Counted from the stretch's first letter, positions 22,532 through 34,598 are shown. The stretch: 64,000 nucleotides of DNA from Spirochaetota bacterium (GCA_963663865.1 OY760686.1:832001-896000); one strand, 5' to 3'. Notes: generated by a model from the sequence alone, not told the origin. Translations and numbers: made by a program.

Positions 22532-22999
22532 ATGCGAAGAAGAAGACCTCCTAAAAGAGATATACTACCAGATCCTAAGTTTGGCAGCAAGTTGGTTACA
22601 AAGTTTGTGAATTGTATGATGCTTGATGGAAAAAAAGGAATTTCAGAGAGTATTTTTTACAGAGCCATGGGAATATTGAGTGAAAAGACTCAGAAAGAAC
22701 CAATCGAAGTATTTATACAGGCTATGGAAAACGTTAAGCCTCAGGTTGAGGTTAAGTCGAGAAGGGTTGGCGGTGCAACATATCAGGTTCCAATAGAAAT
22801 AAGACCCGAAAGACGTCAGGCCCTTGCTATAAGATGGCTTGTTAACTATTCCCGAGCGCGTTCAGAGAATACAATGTACCAGAGATTGGCCGGTGAGTTA
22901 ATCGATGCTTACAACAATACAGGTTCGGCAATTAAAAAGAAAGAGGACACCCATAGAATGGCTGATGCCAATAAGGCATTCGCTCATTACAAGTGGTAA
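22532..22999 (+). CDS. rpsG: 30S ribosomal protein S7
   Basis: [20 protein letters not shown]. Confidence 0.99.
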   Translation: MRRRRPPKRDILPDPKFGSKLVTKFVNCMMLDGKKGISESIFYRAMGILSEKTQKEPIEVFIQAMENVKPQVEVKSRRVGGATYQVPIEIRPERRQALAIRWLVNYSRARSENTMYQRLAGELIDAYNNTGSAIKKKEDTHRMADANKAFAHYKW

Positions 23000-23025
23000 T
23001 GTATAATGTTCAGGTCGTGCGAATG

Positions 23026-23047
23026 CCAGGCCATAGGCCTGGTTTTT
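23026..23047 (+). terminator. Terminator-like hairpin between rpsG and fusA
   Basis: CCAGGCC-ATA-GGCCTGG followed by TTTTT. Confidence 0.5.
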
Positions 23048-23086
23048 GCGTATATTGACCGCTTTAAATAAGGTTTCAGGTGAGAT

Positions 23087-25171
23087 ATGCCCAGAGAGTT
23101 ACCAATAAACAGGACAAGAAATATCGGCATAATGGCACATATTGATGCCGGGAAGACTACTCTTACTGAGAGGGTGCTTTTTTATACAGGGAAGACCCAT
23201 AAAATTGGTGAAGTACACGACGGCAATGCTGAGATGGATTGGATGCAGCAGGAAAAGGAAAGAGGTATCACCATAACTGCGGCAGCTACAACCTGTTACT
23301 GGAAAAACACTAAGATTAATATCATTGATACACCTGGACATGTTGATTTTACTGTTGAAGTTGAAAGGAGTCTCCGGGTCCTTGACTCGGCGATCGCTGT
23401 TTTCGATGGTGTTGCTGGTGTTGAGCCTCAATCAGAAACTGTGTGGCGGCAGGCTGACCGTTATCAAATTCCGCGTTTATGTTTTATAAACAAGATGGAC
23501 AGGGTTGGAGCAGACTACTGGCGTTGTGTTGATATGATTGAATCTAAGCTCAAAGCTCTACCGTTACCTGTCCAAATTCCCGTCGGTTCGGAAGATAATT
23601 TTCAGGGTACTATAGATTTAATTAAAATGCAGTGCTTGAGGTGGACAAATGCAGATGGAACGGACTACGAGTATTCGGACATTCCATCTGAGCTTATTGA
23701 GCTTGCTGAAAGTTCACGTAGAAGGATGCTTGAAGCAATTTGTGATTATGATGAAGAGTTAATGGAGCTATACCTTGAGGAAAAAGAAATTCCACAGGAC
23801 ATGATAATTCGCGGGATAAGGCATGCGGCTCTTTCCGGCAAGGTATTCCCGGTATTTTGCGGCTCGGCTTTGAAGAACAAAGGTGTTCAGCCTGTGTTAG
23901 ACGCTGTAATTGACTATATGCCTTCACCAAAGGATGTACCCGCTGTTAGAGGGCACGATATTAAAGATAATGATGTTATCATTTCAAGAGAAGTGGATGA
24001 TAAAGAGCCATTTTCAGCTATTGTGTTTAAGGTGATGTCTGATCCCTTTGTTGGGAAGCTTTCATTTATCAGAGTCTACTCGGGGCATGTGTGTTCAGGT
24101 GAGGTGGTATTCAATTCTACATCAGGCAAACGCGAGAGGGCTAACAGATTCCTGAAGATGCATGCGAATAACAGGGAAGATGTCTCTGAGGTATATACTG
24201 GAGACATTATTGCTGTTGTTGGATTAAAGTCTTCACGTACAGGTGATTCGCTCTGTGATGAAAAAAATCCTATCCTTCTTGAAAAGATGGAATTTCCGGA
24301 GCCGGTTATTTCGGTGGCTATTGAACCTAAGACGAAAGCAGATCAGGAAAAATTAAAAATGTCCCTGGCTCGTCTGGAAGATGAGGATCCTACTTTTAAG
24401 GTTTCGATTAGTCCTGACACGGGACAGACGTTAATATCCGGTATGGGAGAGCTTCATCTTGAAATAATTATTGATAGGCTTCTGCGTGAATTTAACATCG
24501 TGGCAAATGTGGGCAAACCTCAGGTTACTTATAAAGAAACAGTCAAATCGTCTTCTGAATCTGAGTATCTTTATGACAAGCCAATCGCTGGAAAGGAACA
24601 ATACGCGCAAGTCAAGCTAATGCTTGGGCCCAATAAAAGGGGAGGCGGGCTTTTTTATTCTCTGGAATGTAAATCCTCAATACCTGAACAGTATTTAAAG
24701 GAAATTGAAGCGGGAATCAAGGATGCTTTGGAAGCCGGAGTAATTGCCGGCTATGCTGTTGAGGACGTTAAGGTGGCAATAACCTCTGTAGATTTTGATG
24801 AAAATAAACAGTCTGATACGGCATTCAGAATAGCAGCTGGCATGGCTTTCAGGAACGCTATGAGTGGGGCTGAGCCTGCTTTGATGGAGCCGGTTATGAA
24901 TCTTGAAGTCGTATCTCCAGAAGAGTACTCTGGCGAGGTTATAAATGATCTTAATTCTAGGAGAGGCCGCGTTGAGAATATTGACTACAGGGGACACTTG
25001 AAGGTTATTGATGGAATTGTCCCCATGTCTGAGGCTTTTGGATACTCTACGAACCTCAGGTCGGTCAGCCAGGGCAGGGCTTCGTATTCATTGACTTTTT
25101 CACATTATGACATTGTTCCGGATCAAATACAGAAGATTATCATAGGGCGTATGACAGGTGTAATAGCTTAG
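23087..25171 (+). CDS. fusA: Elongation factor G, divergent (spdEFG2-like)
   Basis: [19 protein letters not shown] and NKMD intact; domain IV loops diverged. Confidence 0.93.
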   Translation: MPRELPINRTRNIGIMAHIDAGKTTLTERVLFYTGKTHKIGEVHDGNAEMDWMQQEKERGITITAAATTCYWKNTKINIIDTPGHVDFTVEVERSLRVLDSAIAVFDGVAGVEPQSETVWRQADRYQIPRLCFINKMDRVGADYWRCVDMIESKLKALPLPVQIPVGSEDNFQGTIDLIKMQCLRWTNADGTDYEYSDIPSELIELAESSRRRMLEAICDYDEELMELYLEEKEIPQDMIIRGIRHAALSGKVFPVFCGSALKNKGVQPVLDAVIDYMPSPKDVPAVRGHDIKDNDVIISREVDDKEPFSAIVFKVMSDPFVGKLSFIRVYSGHVCSGEVVFNSTSGKRERANRFLKMHANNREDVSEVYTGDIIAVVGLKSSRTGDSLCDEKNPILLEKMEFPEPVISVAIEPKTKADQEKLKMSLARLEDEDPTFKVSISPDTGQTLISGMGELHLEIIIDRLLREFNIVANVGKPQVTYKETVKSSSESEYLYDKPIAGKEQYAQVKLMLGPNKRGGGLFYSLECKSSIPEQYLKEIEAGIKDALEAGVIAGYAVEDVKVAITSVDFDENKQSDTAFRIAAGMAFRNAMSGAEPALMEPVMNLEVVSPEEYSGEVINDLNSRRGRVENIDYRGHLKVIDGIVPMSEAFGYSTNLRSVSQGRASYSLTFSHYDIVPDQIQKIIIGRMTGVIA

Positions 25172-25378
25172 ATATTAAAGACCATGCGAGTTTGATATTT
25201 TTTGCATTAATTACTTGACAGAATAGGCTTATTTTTTTTTTATTCATAAACCCGCAGGACATATAGTCGTGAAATAGTTCATATTTTGTGGCTGTTTTCT
25301 TGTTTTTTAATATTCAAAAATTATTCTTAATCGAAAATTTTTGCTTTTTTAAGTAAAATTTATAAAGGAGTTATTCAT

Positions 25379-26593
25379 ATGGCTAAAGAGAAATTTGACA
25401 GATCTAAGCCTCATGTCAACGTGGGTACAATTGGTCACATTGACCATGGTAAGACTACGCTGACTGCAGCAATTACAAAAGTTCTGCATGCTGCATACGG
25501 AACCGGTAAAGCGGTTAATTTTGACCAGATCGACAATGCCCCGGAGGAGAAGGCACGAGGGATAACGATCGCGACATCTCACCAGGAGTATGAAACTCCT
25601 AACAGGCATTATGCTCACGTAGACTGTCCAGGTCACGCTGACTATGTTAAGAATATGATTACTGGTGCTGCTCAGATGGATGCTGCTATCCTTGTTGTTG
25701 CGGCTACAGATGGTGCCATGCCGCAGACAAGAGAACACGTTCTTCTTGCAAAGCAGGTAAACGTGCCTTATATCGTTGTATTTCTTAATAAAGTAGATAT
25801 GCTTGATCCGGCTGATAGAGCTGAGATGGTTGAGCTTGTTGAAATGGAAATCAGAGAGCTTTTAAGTAAAAATTCTTTTCCGGGAGATGAGGTTCCTGTT
25901 ATTCCTGGCTCTGCATTAAAAGCACTTGAAGCTGCTGATGCAGGAAATAAAGATGATGAGTGGTTTCAGACTGTTGTTAAACTTGGCGAGGCTCTGGATA
26001 CATATGTTCCTCAGCCTGAAAGGGTTACTGATAAGCCTTACTTGATGCCTATTGAGGACGTTTTTACAATTACTGGACGCGGTACTGTAGTTACAGGTAG
26101 AATTGAGCGTGGTATTATAAAAACTGGTGAAGAGGTCGAGATTATCGGTTTTGCTGACACGAGGAAAAGTGTTTGTACCGGCGTTGAGATGTTTAGAAAG
26201 ATACTTGACGAAGGAATGGCTGGGGATAATGTTGGTATTCTTCTAAGGGGTATTGGGAAGGATGATGTTCAAAGAGGACAGGTTCTTGCTAAGCCAGGTT
26301 CTATAACACCTCATAAGAAGTTTCTGTGCCGTGTTTATGTTCTTAAAAAAGAAGAAGGTGGAAGGCATACACCGTTCTTTGGGAACTACAGGCCTCAGTT
26401 TTATTTCAGGACAACAGACGTTACAGGTATCATTCAGCTTCCTGAGGGCGTTGAGATGGTTATGCCGGGAGATGATATTGAGATGACTGTAGAGCTTATT
26501 GCTCCTGTTGCGATGGAAGAGGAACTTCGATTCGCTATCCGTGAAGGCGGAAGAACGGTTGGAGCGGGTGTAGTAACAAAAGTAATAGAGTAG
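25379..26593 (+). CDS. tuf: Elongation factor Tu
   Basis: [34 protein letters not shown]. Confidence 0.99.
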   Translation: MAKEKFDRSKPHVNVGTIGHIDHGKTTLTAAITKVLHAAYGTGKAVNFDQIDNAPEEKARGITIATSHQEYETPNRHYAHVDCPGHADYVKNMITGAAQMDAAILVVAATDGAMPQTREHVLLAKQVNVPYIVVFLNKVDMLDPADRAEMVELVEMEIRELLSKNSFPGDEVPVIPGSALKALEAADAGNKDDEWFQTVVKLGEALDTYVPQPERVTDKPYLMPIEDVFTITGRGTVVTGRIERGIIKTGEEVEIIGFADTRKSVCTGVEMFRKILDEGMAGDNVGILLRGIGKDDVQRGQVLAKPGSITPHKKFLCRVYVLKKEEGGRHTPFFGNYRPQFYFRTTDVTGIIQLPEGVEMVMPGDDIEMTVELIAPVAMEEELRFAIREGGRTVGAGVVTKVIE

Positions 26594-26617
26594 TTCAGTT
26601 GAAATAGAAATTATTGG

Positions 26618-26650
26618 TGTTATCCGGGAGTAGTCATCTCCCGGATAACA
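26618..26650 (+). terminator. Perfect 13-bp hairpin between tuf and rpsJ
   Basis: TGTTATCCGGGAG-TAGTCAT-CTCCCGGATAACA, followed by an AT-rich tail. Confidence 0.6.
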
Positions 26651-26679
26651 ATTATTTATGACAGGAATGGGAAAAAACA

Positions 26680-26997
26680 GTGTCAAAGTTAACAGGACAA
26701 AAAATTAGAGTAAAGCTTAGATCTTTTGATGCAAAGCTTCTTGATCAGTCTGCAGAGAAAATTGTTGCAACTTCTAACAGGAGCGGAGCAAAGGTTGCGG
26801 GTCCTGTGCCCTTGCCGACGAACATAGAAAAATTTTGTGTTCTCAGGTCACCACATGTAAATAAAAAATCTCGTGAACAGTTTGAGATTAGAACACATAA
26901 GCGGCTTATTGATATTATAGATCCTAATTCAGATACCGTTGAAGCTCTTATGAAACTTGAATTGCCTGCTGGGGTTTCGGTTGATATAAAGTCGTAA
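26680..26997 (+). CDS. rpsJ: 30S ribosomal protein S10
   Basis: [21 protein letters not shown]. Confidence 0.98.
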   Translation: MSKLTGQKIRVKLRSFDAKLLDQSAEKIVATSNRSGAKVAGPVPLPTNIEKFCVLRSPHVNKKSREQFEIRTHKRLIDIIDPNSDTVEALMKLELPAGVSVDIKS

Positions 26998-27078
26998 ACC
27001 GAAGTGATTGATGATGACATTTGAAGCTGCTATGATAAGTGGCTTTGCAATTATATTATGCTATAATGGGTTGGAGTG

Positions 27079-27696
27079 ATGAAAAAAGCACTTATTGGAA
27101 AAAAATTAGGGATGACTCAGTACATCCAGGAAGACGGCACAGTTATCCCTGTAACTATATGTGAGCTGGGACCGTGTGTTGTAGTGCAGAAAAAAACAGT
27201 AGAGAATGACGGTTATAAATCTATCAAGGTTGGCTATGGAGACTGTAAAGAACAATCTCTGTCGATGGCCCAGCGGAAGGAACTGGCTGGCCGGTCTGTA
27301 CAGCCAAAGAAGGTTTTTCAAGAAATTGAAGTGTTCGATGAACAACTTGAAATAGGGAGTGTCATTGATTGTTCAATTTTTGAAGAAAATCAAAAAGTCA
27401 TTGTTTCTGGTGTTTCTAAGGGAAGAGGATTTGCTGGTGTTATTAAGCGACATGGATTTGGTGGTGGAAAAATGACTCATGGTTCACATTTCCATAGAGC
27501 GCCGGGTTCCATCGGTGCTTGCGCTTTTCCTGGTGAAGTTTGGAAAGGGCAAAAAATGCCTGGTAGGCATGGGTCTATTACAACAACAGTAAAGAATTTA
27601 AAGATAGTTAAAGTTGTTCCTGAAAAAAATATTGTCTTGATCTCAGGTGCTGTTCCTGGAACAAAGAACTCTCTAATAACAGTTAAAGAAGTATAG
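27079..27696 (+). CDS. rplC: 50S ribosomal protein L3
   Basis: GKKLGMTQ, SKGRGFAG, HRAPGSIG. Confidence 0.97.
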   Translation: MKKALIGKKLGMTQYIQEDGTVIPVTICELGPCVVVQKKTVENDGYKSIKVGYGDCKEQSLSMAQRKELAGRSVQPKKVFQEIEVFDEQLEIGSVIDCSIFEENQKVIVSGVSKGRGFAGVIKRHGFGGGKMTHGSHFHRAPGSIGACAFPGEVWKGQKMPGRHGSITTTVKNLKIVKVVPEKNIVLISGAVPGTKNSLITVKEV

Positions 27697-27720
27697 TACA
27701 TTATTTGAACAGGTAAGGAA

Positions 27721-28347
27721 ATGAAAATAGATAAGTATTCTATAGATGGTAATATTGTTGGTCAAATAGAGTTGCCAGAAGATGTTTTTGGAGCTGATGT
27801 AAACGATGTTCTTATTTATGACTTAATAAGAGCAATGAATGCCAACTCACACCAGGGAACTCATAAGACAAAAGAGAGATCAGAGATCAGAGGTGGCGGA
27901 GTAAAACCCTGGAAACAGAAAGGAACTGGACGTGCACGGGCAGGTTCATCCAGGTCGCCTATATGGAGAGGTGGTGGTACAGTTTTTGGACCGAGGCCGA
28001 GATCATACAGGATAGAGCTTCCCAGAAAGGTAAAACAAGCAGCCTACAGATCTTTGTTTTCGTTAAAAGCAAAGCAAGGAACTTTGAAGGTCATCGAAGA
28101 TTTTGATGTACAGGGAAAGACAAAAGAAATGGCTACTATAGCTAAAAAGCTTTCAGTTAATAAGGGATTATTGATAACAGATAATGAGTCTCTACTTTTA
28201 AAGAGATCAATGAAAAATCTTCCAAATTTTTTCTATAATAATGTAAAAAGAATTTCGGGCAAAGAAATCTTTAACTGTAAGGATCTTGTTATTACTGAAG
28301 GTGCTGTTAAGGTGATAAAAGAAACATACTCGAAGGTGGCTAAATAA
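27721..28347 (+). CDS. rplD: 50S ribosomal protein L4
   Basis: KPWKQKGTGRARAGS, GGGTVFGP. Confidence 0.97.
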   Translation: MKIDKYSIDGNIVGQIELPEDVFGADVNDVLIYDLIRAMNANSHQGTHKTKERSEIRGGGVKPWKQKGTGRARAGSSRSPIWRGGGTVFGPRPRSYRIELPRKVKQAAYRSLFSLKAKQGTLKVIEDFDVQGKTKEMATIAKKLSVNKGLLITDNESLLLKRSMKNLPNFFYNNVKRISGKEIFNCKDLVITEGAVKVIKETYSKVAK

Positions 28348-28631
28348 TGAATCCTAATGATATAATTATTAAACCTATAATATCAGAAAAATCAACAGCC
28401 TTAATGGAAAACAATAAGTATGTATTCAAAGTATCTATGGGCACCAACAAGATACTTGTAAAAAATGCTGTTAAGGAAATATTTGGAGTTGATCCGAAGT
28501 CGGTTAACATTCTTGTTGCTCGAGGAAAGGACAAACGTGTACGTTTTAGAGTAGGCAGAAGGTCGGCATTCAAAAAAGCGATAGTTACTTTAAAAGAAGG
28601 CGATAAGATTGATATTTTTGTCGGGCAGTAA
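28347..28631 (+). CDS. rplW: 50S ribosomal protein L23
   Basis: PIISEKS, KKAIVTL; operon position. Confidence 0.96.
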   Translation: MNPNDIIIKPIISEKSTALMENNKYVFKVSMGTNKILVKNAVKEIFGVDPKSVNILVARGKDKRVRFRVGRRSAFKKAIVTLKEGDKIDIFVGQ

Positions 28632-28666
28632 GTAGATAAGAGTAAATTATTGAAAAGGTTATAGAT

Positions 28667-29491
28667 ATGGCGATAAAAAAATATAGACCCCTGACACCTA
28701 CGCTCAGGTATAAAACCGTTATTGATTTTTCAGAAATAACTGTTGACGCGCCGCATAAGCCTCTTACAAAAGGTAAAAGAAATCTTGCAGGTCGTGGTTT
28801 TAAAAATCAGGTTTCAGTCAGAAGAAAGGGCGGTGGGCACAAGAGGCGCTACAGGGTAATCGACTTTAAAAGAAATAAAGCCGATGTGTTTGGGAAAGTT
28901 GTATCAGTTGAATACGATCCTAACCGTTCAGCCAATATTGCGTTAATATCATATCTGGATGGTGATAAACGTTACATAATCGCACCTGAAGGGCTTAAAG
29001 TTGACGATAAAATTGTTTCATCAGAAAAAGCTGAAATTCGAACAGGCAATACTCTTCCTTTAAAGAGCATTCCATTAGGTTCAAGTATACACAATATTGA
29101 AATCAATTCAGGTAAAGGCGGTCAGCTTGTTAGATCAGCTGGATCAGAGGCGATATTGTCAGCTAAAGAAGGGAAATACTGTCTTGTTAAGTTGCCGTCT
29201 GGAGAAATCAGGAAAATTTATAGCGAGTGTACTGCAACTATTGGAGTTGTAGGGAATAAAGATCATAACAACATTACTATTGGTAAAGCTGGACGATCAA
29301 GATGGTTGAATAAAAGACCAAAGGTCAGGGGGGTCGTTATGAACCCGGTTGATCACCCGATGGGTGGAGGAGAAGGAAAATCTTCTGGTGGAAGGCATCC
29401 TGTTTCTCCTACTGGACAACCTGCAAAGGGTTTTAAAACCAGAAAGAAAAACAAGTATAGTGATAAATTTATTGTTAAGAGAAGGAAGTAG
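28667..29491 (+). CDS. rplB: 50S ribosomal protein L2
   Basis: [21 protein letters not shown]. Confidence 0.99.
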   Translation: MAIKKYRPLTPTLRYKTVIDFSEITVDAPHKPLTKGKRNLAGRGFKNQVSVRRKGGGHKRRYRVIDFKRNKADVFGKVVSVEYDPNRSANIALISYLDGDKRYIIAPEGLKVDDKIVSSEKAEIRTGNTLPLKSIPLGSSIHNIEINSGKGGQLVRSAGSEAILSAKEGKYCLVKLPSGEIRKIYSECTATIGVVGNKDHNNITIGKAGRSRWLNKRPKVRGVVMNPVDHPMGGGEGKSSGGRHPVSPTGQPAKGFKTRKKNKYSDKFIVKRRK

Positions 29492-29493
29492 TT

Positions 29494-29778
29494 ATGGCTA
29501 GATCGGTAAAGAAAGGACCTTTTATTGACATAAAGCTTTTCAAGAAAATTGAAGAGATGAATGCATCGAACTCTAAAAAGACTATAAAAACCTGGTCGAG
29601 AAGATCAACTATTTTCCCTGAAATGTTAGGCCATACCCTAATGGTTCATAACGGAAAAAGTTTCATCCCTGTTTATGTATCTGAAAATATGGTTGGGCAC
29701 AAGCTTGGTGAATTTGCACCCACGAGAACATACAGGGGTCATACAAGCAAAGATGATAAAATTGCGAAGAGGAAATAA
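29494..29778 (+). CDS. rpsS: 30S ribosomal protein S19
   Basis: [18 protein letters not shown]. Confidence 0.98.
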   Translation: MARSVKKGPFIDIKLFKKIEEMNASNSKKTIKTWSRRSTIFPEMLGHTLMVHNGKSFIPVYVSENMVGHKLGEFAPTRTYRGHTSKDDKIAKRK

Positions 29779-30116
29779 TGGAGTCAAAAGCTACATCTAG
29801 GACTATTAGAATATCGGCCCAGAAAGCAAGGCTTGTTGCTAACGAGGTTAGAGGTTTTTCACTTCCAGAGGCAGTTGATGTTCTTAAGGCTATGCCTCAG
29901 AAGGCAGCAGGGGTTATATTAAAAACTCTCCATTCAGCGGGAGCAAATGCCAAGTTTCAGAATCCTGCTTTAGTCGAAGAAGAACTTTATGTTAAGAAGA
30001 TTTGCGTTGATGAAGGACCAACTCTTAAGAGATTTATGGCACGAGCCAGAGGAAGAGCTGGTCGTATCAGAAAGAGAACAAGCAATATTTTGATAGTTCT
30101 ATCAGACGAAAACTAG
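29778..30116 (+). CDS. rplV: 50S ribosomal protein L22
   Basis: RISAQKAR, RARGRA. Confidence 0.97.
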   Translation: MESKATSRTIRISAQKARLVANEVRGFSLPEAVDVLKAMPQKAAGVILKTLHSAGANAKFQNPALVEEELYVKKICVDEGPTLKRFMARARGRAGRIRKRTSNILIVLSDEN

Positions 30117-30131
30117 GGGAAGGAAAATTAA

Positions 30132-30812
30132 ATGGGTCAGAAGATTAATCCTATAGGGATAAGGCTTGGAATAACAAGAACTTGGGATTCAATTTGGTAT
30201 GAAGATAAAAAAAGCTATGCAAAAAATCTTCATGAAGACATTAAGATAAGAAAATATATACAAAAGACAAGAAAAAATGCAGGTATTTCTAAGATTTCAA
30301 TAGAGAGATTTCCTGATAGAGTAAATATCAACATTAATTCTTCACGTCCTGGAGTTCTTATAGGAAAGAAAGGTGTTGATATTGAGACACTAAAATCAGA
30401 AATTCAAAAAATTGCTGAAAAGAATGTATATATTAATATAATTGAAGTAAAAAAACCTGAAAGAAATTCTAAATTAATTGCAGAGCAAATAGCCAGTCAA
30501 ATAGAGGGTCGTTTCCCGTATAGAAGAGCAGTTAAACAGGCAATAACCAATGCTGTTAGAGGCGGATCTTTGGGGATAAAAATTGTAATTTCAGGACGTT
30601 TAAATAACGCGGAGATGGCTAGAACAGAAGTCTACAAAGAAGGAAGAATTCCACTTCACACTCTTCGTGCAGATATTGATTACGGATTTGCAGAAGCGCT
30701 TACCACATTTGGTCTAATCGGCGTAAAAGTGTGGCTTTATAATGGAAACATCATTTCCAATTCGCAGGAGTCTGAGGAAGATAGATATTCTGTTAAACGA
30801 AAGACTAAGTAG
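30132..30812 (+). CDS. rpsC: 30S ribosomal protein S3
   Basis: [23 protein letters not shown]. Confidence 0.98.
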   Translation: MGQKINPIGIRLGITRTWDSIWYEDKKSYAKNLHEDIKIRKYIQKTRKNAGISKISIERFPDRVNININSSRPGVLIGKKGVDIETLKSEIQKIAEKNVYINIIEVKKPERNSKLIAEQIASQIEGRFPYRRAVKQAITNAVRGGSLGIKIVISGRLNNAEMARTEVYKEGRIPLHTLRADIDYGFAEALTTFGLIGVKVWLYNGNIISNSQESEEDRYSVKRKTK

Positions 30813-30835
30813 CTAACGGGTAAGGGTAAATAATT

Positions 30836-31246
30836 ATGTTAATGCCAAAGAGAACAAAGTATAGGAAAGTACAGCGTGGAAGAATGAGCGGTACTGCATA
30901 TAGAGGTTCAGCAGTATCTTTTGGAGAGTATGGTCTTAAAACTCTTGAGGCTGGAAAAATTACAAGCAGGCAGATTGAATCTGCTCGTGTAGCGATAAAC
31001 AGGAAAGTTAAGCGTGGAGGAAAACTCTGGATAAGAATTTTCCCTGATTTTGTAATAACAAAAAAACCGGCTGAAACTCGTCAGGGAAAAGGAAAAGGAA
31101 ATCCAGAAGGATTTGTTGCTAGAATTAAGCCAGGGAAGATGCTTTTTGAAATCTCAGGTGTGGATTTAGAGTTAGCAAAAATCGCTTTCAATAGTGCTTC
31201 GAACAAGCTTCCTGTTAAAACTAAGTTCGTTGAATTAAAAAAGTAG
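30836..31246 (+). CDS. rplP: 50S ribosomal protein L16
   Basis: [23 protein letters not shown]. Confidence 0.98.
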   Translation: MLMPKRTKYRKVQRGRMSGTAYRGSAVSFGEYGLKTLEAGKITSRQIESARVAINRKVKRGGKLWIRIFPDFVITKKPAETRQGKGKGNPEGFVARIKPGKMLFEISGVDLELAKIAFNSASNKLPVKTKFVELKK

Positions 31247-31261
31247 AATTTTGAGGACAAA

Positions 31262-31462
31262 ATGAAGGGAAAACTAGAAGAACTAAGTTTTGAAGAATTG
31301 GATAAAAGCCTTGATGATTCAAAAGCTGAGTGTAGAAAGCTCAGGTTTATGTCTGTAACAGGCAAAGTCGAGAATACAAAAAAAATCCGAGAGCTAAAAA
31401 GAAATGTAGCGAGGATTTTGACTTTAAAACGAGAATATGAACTTGGCCTTAGAAGTAAGTAA
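31262..31462 (+). CDS. rpmC: 50S ribosomal protein L29
   Basis: [13 protein letters not shown]; operon position. Confidence 0.93.
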   Translation: MKGKLEELSFEELDKSLDDSKAECRKLRFMSVTGKVENTKKIRELKRNVARILTLKREYELGLRSK

Positions 31463-31484
31463 TTTAACCGTTGGAGCTCATAGG

Positions 31485-31736
31485 ATGAAATCTAATAGAA
31501 AACAGATAATTGGTAAAGTAGTTAGCAATAAAATGAATAAGACTATTGTTGTTCAAATTGATGACATAGTGTTACATTCACTTTATCGAAAATCTGTAAG
31601 AAAAACAAAAAGAATTAAAAGCCACGATGAGAGAAATGAATGTTCTGTGGGTGATCTTGTACGAATAGAAGAAACAAGACCTCTATCCCACGATAAACAT
31701 CATCGTCTTGTAGAGATAATAGAGAAAGTTAAGTAG
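31485..31736 (+). CDS. rpsQ: 30S ribosomal protein S17
   Basis: [27 protein letters not shown]; start at ATG 31485. Confidence 0.96.
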   Translation: MKSNRKQIIGKVVSNKMNKTIVVQIDDIVLHSLYRKSVRKTKRIKSHDERNECSVGDLVRIEETRPLSHDKHHRLVEIIEKVK

Positions 31737-31746
31737 GGGTTGTGCG

Positions 31747-32139
31747 ATGATACAGGTACAGACTTTTTTGGAAGTAGCTGACAATAGTGGGGTAAAGAAA
31801 GTTCAGTGTATTAAAATACTGGGCGGTACAAGACGAAGATATGCCTCAGTTGGTGATATAATAGTAGTCGCGGTTAAGGATTCACAGCCAACATATGGCT
31901 TGAAAGATTCGAGTGGGAAAAAAGTACACACCAAAGCAGTTCTAAAAGCTGTTGTGGTCAGGACAAAAAAACCTGTGAGAAGAAAAGATGGAACCTATAT
32001 TAGGTTCGACGATAATGCAGTAGCAATTATTGATAACAAAGGTGAACCAAGAGGGTCACGTATTTTTGGGCCTGTCGCAAGGGAACTAAGAGAAAAGAAT
32101 TTTATGAAAATCTGTTCTTTAGCACCTGAAGTTATATAA
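31747..32139 (+). CDS. rplN: 50S ribosomal protein L14 (with internal insertion)
   Basis: [22 protein letters not shown]. Confidence 0.98.
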   Translation: MIQVQTFLEVADNSGVKKVQCIKILGGTRRRYASVGDIIVVAVKDSQPTYGLKDSSGKKVHTKAVLKAVVVRTKKPVRRKDGTYIRFDDNAVAIIDNKGEPRGSRIFGPVARELREKNFMKICSLAPEVI

Positions 32140-32153
32140 GATAGGTGATGTTG

Positions 32154-32474
32154 ATGAAAACAAAAATTAAAGTAAATGATAATGTTATAGTGATCAGCGG
32201 CGCTGATAGAGGGAAAAAGGGAAAAGTTCTCTTCATTGAGAGAGAAAAAAACCGGATAGTAGTAGAAGGAATAAATAAAAAACAAAAGGCAGTAAAACCT
32301 TCTCAGCAAAGCCCTAAGGGCGGTTTTGTGACTCGAGAGTATCCAATAAATATTAGTAATGTACAATATTTTTGTGATAAATGTAAAAAAGGTGTAAGGC
32401 TGCAGTCAATTAAGACAGAAAACAGCGAAAAAAGCCGCAAATGTACAAAATGTGGCAAGAGCTTTGATAAATAG
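32154..32474 (+). CDS. rplX: 50S ribosomal protein L24 (CxxC...CxxC variant)
   Basis: [14 protein letters not shown] motif, VEGIN, CDKC and CTKC. Confidence 0.95.
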   Translation: MKTKIKVNDNVIVISGADRGKKGKVLFIEREKNRIVVEGINKKQKAVKPSQQSPKGGFVTREYPINISNVQYFCDKCKKGVRLQSIKTENSEKSRKCTKCGKSFDK

Positions 32475-32485
32475 GTAATGATAAA

Positions 32486-33025
32486 ATGACTGTAAGATTG
32501 AGAGAAAACTATAACAATCTAAGAAGTAATCTTCAAGAGACATTCAATTACAAATCTTCAATGCAGATACCTAAGATTGAAAAAGTTGTATTAAATGTCG
32601 GAATGGGAGATGCTCATTCAAATAGCAGTGGATTTGCTACTGTTATGGAAGAATTGGCGACAATAACTGGACAAAAGCCTGTTAAGACAGTTGCAAAGAA
32701 GTCAATAGCGAATTTTAAAATTCGTGACGGTTATGATGTCGGTTGCAGAGTTACTTTACGTGGTAATGTTATGTATGAGTTCTTGGATAGGCTAATAAAT
32801 ATTGCATTACCAAGAGTACGAGATTTTAAAGGCATATCGCCAAAATCTTTTGATAATTTTGGTAATTATAATTTCTCCGTTCATGAACAGATAATATTTC
32901 CGGAAATAGACTTTGACAAAGTCGAAAAGATTCATGGAATTAATATTACTATAGTTACAACAGCTAAAACAAAAGATGAGGCCTTTGCTTTATTGAAAGG
33001 CTTGAATATGCCGTTCAGGGGTTAG
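32486..33025 (+). CDS. rplE: 50S ribosomal protein L5
   Basis: [22 protein letters not shown]. Confidence 0.98.
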   Translation: MTVRLRENYNNLRSNLQETFNYKSSMQIPKIEKVVLNVGMGDAHSNSSGFATVMEELATITGQKPVKTVAKKSIANFKIRDGYDVGCRVTLRGNVMYEFLDRLINIALPRVRDFKGISPKSFDNFGNYNFSVHEQIIFPEIDFDKVEKIHGINITIVTTAKTKDEAFALLKGLNMPFRG

Positions 33026-33035
33026 GGGTAATATT

Positions 33036-33221
33036 GTGGCAAAAAAAAGTATGATAGCAAAACATTTGAGATCGGCAAAATTTAAAGTTCGAAGTCATAA
33101 CAGATGCAGTATTTGTGGACGTCCAAGAGGTTATTTGAGACGATTTGATATGTGTAGATTATGTTTCAGGAAACTTGCCTCTGAGGGCCAGATTCCTGGA
33201 GTAAAAAAATCCTCTTGGTGA
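33036..33221 (+). CDS. rpsN: 30S ribosomal protein S14, type Z
   Basis: [17 protein letters not shown]; 61 aa. Confidence 0.97.
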   Translation: MAKKSMIAKHLRSAKFKVRSHNRCSICGRPRGYLRRFDMCRLCFRKLASEGQIPGVKKSSW

Positions 33222-33249
33222 TATAAAAAAATAATCGGAGCAGAGAAAG

Positions 33250-33654
33250 ATGAGTGGAGTAACAGATCCAATAGCAGATATGCTTACTAGACTGCGCAAT
33301 GCTTTAAAGGCAGGTCATCAAAAAGTAGATGTACCTTCTTCTAAAATAAAGGTGGCAATTACCAAAATTTTAAAAGATGAAGGATTTATAAAAAATTACA
33401 AACTGATTGATACACCCAATAAGCAAAAAATGCTGAGAATATATCTTAAGTATCAAGATAATAACCAATCCAGTATTGTTTCATTAGATAGGATTAGTAA
33501 ACCTGGTAGACGGAAATATGTCAAAGCAGAAGAGTTAAAACCGGTTTTCAATAATATAGGGATTTGGATATTATCTACATCCAAGGGTGTAATAACAAAT
33601 AAAGCTGCTAAAACAATGAATGTCGGCGGCGAAGTTCTTTGTGAAATATCATAA
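33250..33654 (+). CDS. rpsH: 30S ribosomal protein S8
   Basis: DPIADMLTRLRN, ISKPGRR, STSKG. Confidence 0.98.
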   Translation: MSGVTDPIADMLTRLRNALKAGHQKVDVPSSKIKVAITKILKDEGFIKNYKLIDTPNKQKMLRIYLKYQDNNQSSIVSLDRISKPGRRKYVKAEELKPVFNNIGIWILSTSKGVITNKAAKTMNVGGEVLCEIS

Positions 33655-33681
33655 AAAATGAATGAAATGAAGTGAGTTGAT

Positions 33682-34218
33682 ATGTCAAGAATAGGAAAAA
33701 AACCAATCGAAATACCCGGTGGTGTGACAGTAGATATTACTGGCAATTCAATAACAGTTACCGGAAAACTGGGGACGAATTCTCTCCAGATAATTGACGG
33801 AGTAAAAGTCGAAATAGATAATAATGCTGTCTGTGTGAAACCTGCAGTAGAAGAAAAGCAAAACATTGCATATCAAGGTTTATTTAGATCACTGATTTTT
33901 AATATGGTTTACGGAGTCTCTACAGGATTCGAAAAAGACCTGGAAATTATTGGTGTTGGATATCGTGCAACTCAGCAAGGAACAAATATTCAGTTTCAAC
34001 TTGGATATTCTCATACGATTATATTTGAGGCCCCCGAAGGGATTACGCTTCAGGTTGTTGATCCGACAAAAATAAAGATAACTGGAATTGATAAGCAGAA
34101 AGTTGGACAGGTATCCGCTAATATAAGAAAATTAAGACCTCCTGAACCTTACAAGGGGAAAGGGATTAGATATAAAGATGAAATTGTAAGGAAAAAAGCA
34201 GGAAAAACAGGTAAGTAG
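33682..34218 (+). CDS. rplF: 50S ribosomal protein L6
   Basis: MSRIGKKP, PEPYKGKGIRY. Confidence 0.98.
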   Translation: MSRIGKKPIEIPGGVTVDITGNSITVTGKLGTNSLQIIDGVKVEIDNNAVCVKPAVEEKQNIAYQGLFRSLIFNMVYGVSTGFEKDLEIIGVGYRATQQGTNIQFQLGYSHTIIFEAPEGITLQVVDPTKIKITGIDKQKVGQVSANIRKLRPPEPYKGKGIRYKDEIVRKKAGKTGK

Positions 34219-34221
34219 AAT

Positions 34222-34587
34222 ATGGATAATCTGAAATTAAAAAAGAAAAAAATGATGCGAAGGAAGTTTAGAATCCATAAAAAGATTTTGAACAATAAAG
34301 AGAGACTTAGACTTTGCATTTCAAAAAGCAACAAAAACTTTTATGCGCAGATTATAGACGATGAGAAGAGAATGACTTTAATTGGGTTATCGACTCTCTC
34401 ATCACAATGTGATAATATAAAAAGCAAATGTTCTGTCGACGGAGCAAAAGAGTTTGGAAAAATATTTGCTGAAGCAGCTGTAGCTAAAGGTTTAAAAAAA
34501 GTTGTTTTTGACAGAAACGGATATCTTTATCACGGAAAAATTAAAGCTTTTGCTGATTCAGCAAGAGAAAATGGTTTGGAATTTTAG
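34222..34587 (+). CDS. rplR: 50S ribosomal protein L18
   Basis: [19 protein letters not shown]. Confidence 0.97.
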   Translation: MDNLKLKKKKMMRRKFRIHKKILNNKERLRLCISKSNKNFYAQIIDDEKRMTLIGLSTLSSQCDNIKSKCSVDGAKEFGKIFAEAAVAKGLKKVVFDRNGYLYHGKIKAFADSARENGLEF

Positions 34588-34598
34588 GGGTCACGATA

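Noticed and set aside
13416-30824. TAACGGGTAAG shared after the rplJ (13416) and rpsC (30814) stop codons
   Set aside because: A single 11-mer match is plausible by chance and there is no shared flanking structure
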